Assembly (NCBI GenBank): GCA_963733675.1
Contig: CAVTET010000001.1
Span: forward strand, 704,001-768,000
Length of the DNA: 64,000 bases
Direction: 5' to 3'
Source of the DNA: an uncultured Methanosarcinaceae archaeon
GTDB taxonomy: Archaea > Halobacteriota > Methanosarcinia > Methanosarcinales > Methanosarcinaceae
The position numbers and the translations under genes were made by a program. The notes below the pieces were generated by a model, which worked only from the letters and a program-made list of their open reading frames with translations, had not been told where the DNA came from and did not search any database. This document shows, one piece after another, positions 56,661-64,000 of the stretch; position 1 is the stretch's first letter, and every line of letters begins with the position of its first letter.

Positions 56661-57058
56661 TTTTATAGACACGTTATTTTGCGTTACGTAACTCCATTTT
56701 ATAGTACAAAGATAACTTAATATATAAATCAGCCAGTTAATAACGGTTCGCTGGAAATTTACTATCTCCTCAGAAAGTGAAGGGTATTTAGACGAAATAA
56801 AGTTGAGTTATTCAATATTTTTTCTCTTCCCACAGGCCTGAAAATTTGTAATAGATTAAAATAACTGGAACGTCTTAAAGGGTAATAGACAAGTTTTAAT
56901 TTCATATTTAGAAAAGGCCTTTTCTGATATGAAACAGATATTAAGTTTACCCTCTGTCTTTTATTCAAGAAGTACCTTTAAGTTTTAAATTGACCTAAAA
57001 AGTTTAATTATAGCGAATTCTGAGTCCTTCACATAAAGATGCCTAGATCTTTTTTTAC

Positions 57059-57178
57059 ATAGGACTTATGCAGATGAATTTCGAAACAAATTCCAATCTA
57101 CTTTGAAGTTAAAGTCATGCTTAAGAAAATTAGAGGTTTAACATCATTGATTTCTTATTTCAATTGCATAAGTCCTAT
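57059..57178. mobile_element. 120-bp MITE with perfect 14-bp TIRs
   Basis: ATAGGACTTATGCA (57059-57072) ... TGCATAAGTCCTAT (57165-57178). Confidence 0.8.
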
Positions 57179-57225
57179 TATAGTTACAAAAACTTTAAAC
57201 TACCTGCAAGAACACTTGATATGAT

Positions 57226-59787
57226 ATGTCTGATCCAAATTTCAACTGTAATCCACCTGAAATTCTGGTTCCTGTAGGCGGCCAAAAAGCCCTTCTCGCC
57301 GCAATCAAAGGAAGAGCTGACGCCATATACCTTGGGCTCGGCGAATTTAATGCCCGCCAGGGTATAAACAATTTTACCCTTGGAGAACTGGAAGAGGCAG
57401 TTGATCTTTCCCACTCGCATGATGTTTCTGTTTATCTGGCACTGAATATTCCTATTAAACAAAAAGAACTTCAGCAAGTTCTGGGGATAGTAGACCATGC
57501 ATACTCTGTTGGAGTTGATGCAATTATCCTGCAGGATCTAGGTCTTCTAAGTCTTATAAAAGAAATTTATCCCAACCTTGAGTTACACACGAGTACGCAG
57601 CTGACTATCCATAATAGTAAGGGAGTTGATTTTGTAGAAGGTCTTGGGGCAAAAAGAGTTATAGTCGCAAGGGAGCTCACTGCAGACGAGGTAAAAGTCA
57701 TTGTGGATTATTCAAAAGTGGGTATCGAGGTTTTCGTACATGGATCTCTTTGTTATTCATATTCCGGAAAATGTCTCTTCAGTAGTTTAATGGAAGGCAG
57801 AAGTGCCAACCGAGGAGCCTGTGCTCAGCATTGCAGACGTCGTTACAGATTCCTGGTAAACGGTATAGAAATTGATGAAAGAAATATTAGAGGCAGCTAT
57901 CCCCTAAGTTGTGCCGAGCTTTCCACTCTTACTGAACTTGAAAAAATAGTAAAAACCGGGGTTGTAAGTCTTAAAATTGAGGGCAGGATGAAAAAACCCG
58001 AATATGTGACAGCGAGTGCTGCTGCCTACAAGGCTGTAATTGAGGACATTTGCAATCCAGAAAAGAGTCTGACAAAGGAAGAGCTTGAATCAAGGGAAGC
58101 ACAAATTGCAAAACTCTTTTGCAGGGGCTTTACAAGAGGGTTCATACTTGAGGAAAGAGACGTATCACATCCCAAATACAGCTCAAACTACGGAGCTTTC
58201 CTAGGAAAAGTCCTAGATATTTTCCGTTCAAAAATGAACACAAAACTTACAGTCAAGCTAGATGAAGATCTCCAGGTCAAAGATGGTATCAGCGTCTTCG
58301 TGGGAGAACGAATGATTGGCTCTGCAGTTGCAGGCATAATCACAAGTAAAGGCGACCATGTAAAAAGTGCAAAAAAAGGCGAAAAAGTAGGGCTTGAAAT
58401 CAGCTCGAAAACAGGAAGAGTAATACACATAGGAGACGAACTATACCTTACAACAAGCACACAACTCTTGGATACCCTTCAAAAAACAAAACTGAAAACT
58501 TACCCAGTGGAACTGAAAGTAAGAGCCAGAAAAGGAGAACGGTTTACAGTTGAAATTAGAGAAGAAAAAGGAAAAAGAAGTGTAAGGAAAGATCTCTCAA
58601 TTGCGGAATTTTCAGATGACTATATTGTTCAAGGAGCCGACCAAGCTCCAACTACCTCCGAGCAGATAAAAAAGGTGATGGGAAGCCTTGGAGACGTTTC
58701 ATTTGAAGCTATAGATATCTCTATTGAAGCTGATGAAAATATTTTTATCCCTGTTGGTGTGCTAAAGAATACTAGGCGAAAGGCTGCAGACCTTTTGTTG
58801 GATAAAATCCTTAAGGTGCATAAGAAAAAACAAAAACACCCGCTTTTGAATAATTTCAACTACATTTGTGTTTCCAGAAATGCTGAGAGTAAAAAAAGTG
58901 ATAGTAAAGAAAGTAATCTCAGAAATGAAAGGATTAGGGACATAACTTCAAAGAAACTCTTCCTTAGCGTTGAAGTGGATGAAATTTCCTCGTTATTTGC
59001 AGCTTTAGATGGTGGGGCAGATATTATTTATGTCCCGATTTCAAGGTTTGAAGAGCTGAATACCTCTGAAAACGCAGAGATATTTCAGGAGCTAGTAGCA
59101 GACAGAAATGAGATTGCCTTTAAGGTTCCCCTCATTGCTCATGACAGAGAACTGGATGAACTCAAATTACTTATAAAAAAAGTAAGAGATGCAGGCTTTA
59201 GTATAGCATGTTCCGATCTAGGAGCTGCACAGCTAGCAAAAAACCTTTCTATACCCTTTGTTGCTCAGAAGGACTTCAATATTTTTAATTCTTTTACAGT
59301 CAGTATTTTCTACCAAGCAGGAGCGTACAGAGCAACACTCTCAAGCGAACTAAACCTTAGTGAAATAAAGAACATATGTGAAACACTTCATACCTGGGGG
59401 GAAGTGGGACAAGTTGAAATTCTCGTTTATGGCAGAGAACTTATGCTGATTACAGAAAATGATCTTTTAAAGCCTCTTATTCACAAAAAAATAGTAAAAC
59501 AAGACAGCGAAGTTCATCTTCTTGATCAGTTAGGCTCCAAGTTTCCTATTAAACGGATGGGCACTCGGACTCTAATCTATAACTCGAAAATACTCAACAT
59601 GCTAAGATATGTCAAAAATTTAGGAGGGTATGGAGTGGATGTTATTCGGCTTGATCTATCACTGAATAATGATTCTGAGATAAAAGGAATCGTAAAAACA
59701 TATAAAGAGGCTCTTGTAGGAAAAGAGGGAGCACTAAGTGAAAAAGGAGTTGAGCATACAACTGGACACTATTTCAAAGGAGTTTAA
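57226..59787 (+). CDS. U32-family peptidase-like protein, long form (likely Fe-S RNA hydroxylation factor)
   Basis: PEIL.PVG, ELHTSTQ, EVFVHGSLCYSYSGKC..S, SANRGACAQHCRR, LKIEGRMK..EYV, terminal TTGHYFKGV. Confidence 0.88.
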   Translation: MSDPNFNCNPPEILVPVGGQKALLAAIKGRADAIYLGLGEFNARQGINNFTLGELEEAVDLSHSHDVSVYLALNIPIKQKELQQVLGIVDHAYSVGVDAIILQDLGLLSLIKEIYPNLELHTSTQLTIHNSKGVDFVEGLGAKRVIVARELTADEVKVIVDYSKVGIEVFVHGSLCYSYSGKCLFSSLMEGRSANRGACAQHCRRRYRFLVNGIEIDERNIRGSYPLSCAELSTLTELEKIVKTGVVSLKIEGRMKKPEYVTASAAAYKAVIEDICNPEKSLTKEELESREAQIAKLFCRGFTRGFILEERDVSHPKYSSNYGAFLGKVLDIFRSKMNTKLTVKLDEDLQVKDGISVFVGERMIGSAVAGIITSKGDHVKSAKKGEKVGLEISSKTGRVIHIGDELYLTTSTQLLDTLQKTKLKTYPVELKVRARKGERFTVEIREEKGKRSVRKDLSIAEFSDDYIVQGADQAPTTSEQIKKVMGSLGDVSFEAIDISIEADENIFIPVGVLKNTRRKAADLLLDKILKVHKKKQKHPLLNNFNYICVSRNAESKKSDSKESNLRNERIRDITSKKLFLSVEVDEISSLFAALDGGADIIYVPISRFEELNTSENAEIFQELVADRNEIAFKVPLIAHDRELDELKLLIKKVRDAGFSIACSDLGAAQLAKNLSIPFVAQKDFNIFNSFTVSIFYQAGAYRATLSSELNLSEIKNICETLHTWGEVGQVEILVYGRELMLITENDLLKPLIHKKIVKQDSEVHLLDQLGSKFPIKRMGTRTLIYNSKILNMLRYVKNLGGYGVDVIRLDLSLNNDSEIKGIVKTYKEALVGKEGALSEKGVEHTTGHYFKGV

Positions 59788-60470
59788 TAGAGGACTCGTG
59801 GCAAGTATTAAAAAGAGAGTTTAGATAGAAGAAACAATGTATTTAAATTTACCAAGAAATCCACTCAATCCAGTCTTCTGTGAGTATGTGAATAAACATT
59901 AACTTGTTAAACTCCTCGGTTGTTAAGTTTGATTTGCAGGGGATAGCAAATCTTACCTAAAAACTGACACTGTTTTATTTATCACCAGACTGGAAAAGTT
60001 TTACCCTGAATAAATCTCGAATTAACTGTTTTAAGTTGAATTCACATTCTACTGTAGAACTCAACGCCAGAATAATCAGACTGATCATCTTTCAAGAGAA
60101 AATGGGGGAAAAATATCCAATATAGTTGAAATCAAGATCTCTCAGCTCGCCGACTTCAACATATCCTGAAGGAACACCTTTATGATGATTAGGAATATTT
60201 TATTGGCATGAACCTTGGCTGACCAAATAAATTATCTGATGATGAAATAACGTTAGTTGAACAAATTGATTCCGATCCAAACCAATTTCACTACGAATTT
60301 GGAGCTTTTTACCTTGAGCATGTCATTGAAGCTGAGGACAATAAAATATCGAATACTAGAACCCATAATAACCTGTTCAGTAGAACCTTGCTAGTTAATA
60401 GAGCAAAAAATGTCAATAGTGGGCCAATTTCCCCATTTTTATCGGTTTAAATCATCTACCTTCTATTATA

Positions 60471-60615
60471 ACCCACTTTCTGCAGACATACACAAGAGTG
60501 CCATATATTTTCTCAATATGACAGTAGCTTAAAAATTAAGCTAACTTCCAATGAATGAATAAACTACAGTAGCTAATTGGGCAACAAATTATAGTCTTAG
60601 TATATATGTGGACCA
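60471..60615. repeat. Repeat family B copy (opposite orientation)
   Basis: CCCACTTTCTGCAGACATACACAAGAGTGCCAT...TTTCTCAATATGACAGTAGCTTAAAAATTAA. Confidence 0.75.
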
Positions 60616-60908
60616 GGGACACTATAATTATACAAATATCCACATAAAAGTGGAAACTTACAGATTAAAAAAAATAATTGAACCGGATATAAAAGCAGTA
60701 AATTTCTACCCTTAATTTGTAGTGAATCCATGAAATATTAAGTAAATTTTATATCACAAAGCTGGGAAATTCAAATCGAACAAAATTGGAAACTCAAATC
60801 GCCATTAACAGTACTCAATCTGTAAATTTTTCGATTAGGCTCATGTAGAAAAATACAACTATTTGCCAATTCACCGTCTCACATTAAGTTAAATCAACGT
60901 GTTTACTT

Positions 60909-61550
60909 TTAAGAATCAGAGATCTCTATCAATTTTTTTGACCACTTCAATTTTTTTTTCTTTATTGGGTTCACAAGGGGATCCTCAAAATCAAACCCTG
61001 CAAGCCTAATTTCATTAGCTCCAAATTCTCTAGCTACAAAGACACACCTATCTCCATCGCTAAATCCGCCGAAATTGTACACCTTATCTAAGGGTCTGGC
61101 CTGTGTTGTAGCAATAAAGCGCTGGAAACGTGGCACGTACTTCTTAAGCTTATCGATATTTTTCCCGTGGGCATGAATCAGGACTATGGAGGCCTTTTCA
61201 CAGGCAAGGATTTCTTTTTCAATATCAACTTCGGAATTGCCATCAAGGTCGGTACAGATGACTTCAGGCACACGGCCAATATCCATTAAAACGGCAGCAG
61301 CTCCGTCAGCTGCGATTATCACAAAAGTAGAAAGATCGATTTCTGAAAGTTCATTACTTAGTTTTTTGGCGTTCCCGCATACCAGGATGGATTTTCCGGA
61401 AATTGCAGCTTCAAGTTCAGAAAGGTTGAGGGTGTTATTTTTAATCAACATGCTGAAAAGGAATCGTGCAGCTTCTTCATCGTCTATGCGATCAAACCCG
61501 AAATCTTCAAGAATTTTTTCATAAATAGGCTCCCAGGCAACAAAGTCCAC
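60909..61550 (-). CDS. mptE: 6-hydroxymethyl-7,8-dihydropterin pyrophosphokinase (DUF115)
   Basis: W.P.YEKILEDFGF, IAADGA, CTDLDG, HAHG.N, NFGGFSDGDR, LAGFDF. Confidence 0.85.
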   Translation of the reverse strand: MDFVAWEPIYEKILEDFGFDRIDDEEAARFLFSMLIKNNTLNLSELEAAISGKSILVCGNAKKLSNELSEIDLSTFVIIAADGAAAVLMDIGRVPEVICTDLDGNSEVDIEKEILACEKASIVLIHAHGKNIDKLKKYVPRFQRFIATTQARPLDKVYNFGGFSDGDRCVFVAREFGANEIRLAGFDFEDPLVNPIKKKKLKWSKKLIEISDS

Positions 61551-61694
61551 ATGTATCACTTTTTGTCCTATGGTTCAAATTTTTTAAATTAAATTTAGAC
61601 TGAATATCCTTCCAACATGCAGGCATCTTCATCCATTTGTGCCTGCTATTCGAAGGATTTCATGTTTTTTTCTTTGAGTTCCAACATTTTGGAG

Positions 61695-64000
61695 TTATTT
61701 CTTTGCAATTCCCATCCTCATTGCAATGCCTTCAACATCCCAGTTCTTTAAAAGGGCCCCTGAAACATCAATTTCGCTGCCAAGATCAAGGACCTCGACT
61801 CTTACTTCTTCTGCAATAAGGCTTTTCATGGTTTCAATTAGATTTAAAACCCGTTTATCTTCGATCCTGACAGATGCGCAAATGCTTTCGTCTATGACAA
61901 GATCGAGTTCTTTTCGCATTTCTTGGAGCCTGCGTATGACTTCCCTTGCATATCCTTCAGCTTCTAATTCTGGAGTGAGGTTTGCGTCCACATAGATACA
62001 GCCGGCATTTGACTCGGCATTGGCTATGCCTATTGGAAGAATTTCCTTGAAGTTTGCCATTCCAGAAGTAACTATAGCAGTTGACCCATCTTCAAGGGTT
62101 AGTTCGAACTCACCGGTCTTGGAAAAGGCTTTCTTTAGGGCAAAGCCATCGATTTTTTGAAGAGCAAAGATAACTTTCCCTGCATCCTTTTTGAAAGCAG
62201 GACCTATTTTTCCAGGGTCTGGGATCACTTCAAGTCCAAGTTCATCCCACCACTCACCCACACCCATCAGAACAATCGCCTTGGAATTAGTCTGATCCAT
62301 GAGGACTGAGGACAAGCTCTTGACAGCCTTTGCTGAATCCTCACTGCAAGGAGACACTATTATTCTTGATATAGGCCATCTGAGTTTCCGTCCTTTTTTC
62401 TGGCGAGCATTTGATGCCGCTTCCACTATGGAGCGAACAGTATCCATACCAGCTTCAAGATCACTGTCAAGGTAAGCTTCATTGACTTTAGGCCAATCGC
62501 ACATATGAACCGATTCAAGAGCATTTGGATTTACATTAAAGATTAGGTTCTGGTACATCTCTTCAGCCAAATAAGGCATAAAGGGAGATATCAGTTTTGT
62601 AAGAGTTATGTAAACTTCGTAAAGCACACAGTAAGCTGCAAGTTTATCTGGATCATTAGCTTCGATCCAGGTTCTTGGTCGGATAAGCTGGATATACCAG
62701 CGAGAGAGATCTTCAATAGTAAATTCCAGGATTTCACGAACTGCTTTATGCAACAAATAACCTTTCATGGCTTCATCTACTGCTTTGATAACAGATTGAA
62801 TTCTTGAAAGAATCCATCTATCTTCCTCACGGAGAGCATGTTTTATAGAATCAATGCTGACCTGCAGAGGATCAAAGTTATCAAGTACCATATATGGCAG
62901 TGGGAATCTAAAAACATTCCATAAAATATTTATTGAGCGGTGGATGGTTTCTATTTCTTCGAGGTTAAACTTCAGGTCTTCCCATGGAGCGCTTGAGGAA
63001 AGTACATAGGTACGAAGGGTATCTGCCCCGAACCTGTCGATAATATCCAGGGGCGAGATCACATTTCCATAGCTTTTGGACATCTTCTTTCCGCCTGCGT
63101 CCAGGGTAAATCCATGCATAAGTACACTTTTGTAAGGAGCTTTTTCAAAGCCTACTATGCTTGCTCCAAGCTGGGAATAGAACCAACCGCGAGTTTGGTC
63201 GTGACCTTCAGTTATGAAATCAGCAGGCCACCATTCATCAAACTTCTCCCGAGCCTGAGGAAACTTGAGGGTTGCCCAGGAGGCAACAGCCGAGTCAAAC
63301 CAGACGTCAAATACATCTTCAATGCGCATTTTCTCTCCGCCGCACCCACAGGGAATGATGACTCTATCCACGTAAGGACGGTGAAGTTCTATATCTTCGC
63401 TTACATTTGCCTTTTCCAACAATTCAGCTTTGGTCCCTATTATCTCAAGCTTTCCGCATTTCTTGCACTTCCATATCGGGATCGGGATTCCCCAGTATCG
63501 CTGCCTGGAAATGCACCAATCCCTAGCGCCTTCTACCCAAGTTCTGAAACGTGCTGAGCCTGCCCAATCAGGATACCAGTCTACTGCATCGATTTCCTCG
63601 AGCATTTTTTCCTTTATCTCGGTAATTTTGAGGAACCATTGTTCTGTAGCGAGATAGATGATGGGGGTCTTGCAGCGCCAACAGTGCCCGTACCTATGCG
63701 TGACTGTTCCTTCTGCAAAGAGCCTGTTGCGTTCCTTTAAGTCTTTAATTACAATTGTATTTGCTTCCCTGACGTTTTTGCCCTCGTATTCCCCGGCTTC
63801 GCTTGTATAAGTACCATTTGATCCTACGGGGCAGAAAATCGGAAGGCTATATTTCACACCAAGGTTAAAGTCTTCCATACCGTGTCCTGGTGCAAGATGC
63901 ACGCAACCTGTATTTTCGATGGTTACGAAATCCGCAAGATAAATCCCATGCTTAATCTTATTCTGGATAGGTACCAAATCCCCAACAGGGCTTTCATATT
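61695..64000 (-). CDS. ileS: Isoleucine--tRNA ligase (5' part outside window)
   Basis: [50 protein letters not shown]. Confidence 0.97.
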   Translation of the reverse strand, partial: YESPVGDLVPIQNKIKHGIYLADFVTIENTGCVHLAPGHGMEDFNLGVKYSLPIFCPVGSNGTYTSEAGEYEGKNVREANTIVIKDLKERNRLFAEGTVTHRYGHCWRCKTPIIYLATEQWFLKITEIKEKMLEEIDAVDWYPDWAGSARFRTWVEGARDWCISRQRYWGIPIPIWKCKKCGKLEIIGTKAELLEKANVSEDIELHRPYVDRVIIPCGCGGEKMRIEDVFDVWFDSAVASWATLKFPQAREKFDEWWPADFITEGHDQTRGWFYSQLGASIVGFEKAPYKSVLMHGFTLDAGGKKMSKSYGNVISPLDIIDRFGADTLRTYVLSSSAPWEDLKFNLEEIETIHRSINILWNVFRFPLPYMVLDNFDPLQVSIDSIKHALREEDRWILSRIQSVIKAVDEAMKGYLLHKAVREILEFTIEDLSRWYIQLIRPRTWIEANDPDKLAAYCVLYEVYITLTKLISPFMPYLAEEMYQNLIFNVNPNALESVHMCDWPKVNEAYLDSDLEAGMDTVRSIVEAASNARQKKGRKLRWPISRIIVSPCSEDSAKAVKSLSSVLMDQTNSKAIVLMGVGEWWDELGLEVIPDPGKIGPAFKKDAGKVIFALQKIDGFALKKAFSKTGEFELTLEDGSTAIVTSGMANFKEILPIGIANAESNAGCIYVDANLTPELEAEGYAREVIRRLQEMRKELDLVIDESICASVRIEDKRVLNLIETMKSLIAEEVRVEVLDLGSEIDVSGALLKNWDVEGIAMRMGIAKK

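Noticed and set aside
60080-60400. Coding-like plus-strand stretch (QFHYEFGAFYLEHVIEAE)
   Set aside because: Multiple stops and only a vague resemblance to any family.
3608-60615. CRISPR array
   Set aside because: The repeats are dispersed and long; there is no regular repeat-spacer array and no cas gene.

Overview
AT-rich archaeal chromosome segment, almost certainly from a Methanosarcina-type methanogen (MC1 chromosomal protein, cysteate synthase plus fused ComDE, NrpRI, radA, archaeal LeuRS/IleRS, deoxyhypusine synthase, MptE). Coding density is low and erosion is heavy: about ten pseudogenes or remnants, IS6 and IS110 relics, and at least three families of short TIR-bounded interspersed repeats. 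Against this background, an intact and visibly more GC-rich cluster at 3.7-11.5 kb stands out. It reads ABC-2 exporter (ATPase + permease), nitrogenase-like D subunit, K subunit, NifH-like Fe protein, SAM methyltransferase, a decayed ABC/DUF169 chimera, and a DUF169 gene. All six P-cluster-type cysteines and the alpha-Cys275 equivalent are kept. The FeMo-co His442 ligand and the Gln191/His195 segment are not, and no nifB/E/N/I genes are in the window. This is the best candidate for an undescribed system: a nitrogenase-like reductase of unknown substrate coupled to methylation and export. Also notable are a 1.5 kb segment bounded by 91-bp near-perfect inverted repeats, a mini-IS6 truncating its own transposase, and a duplicated, decaying GT4-GH130 glycan locus. 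All calls come from reading motifs by eye; no database searches were run.
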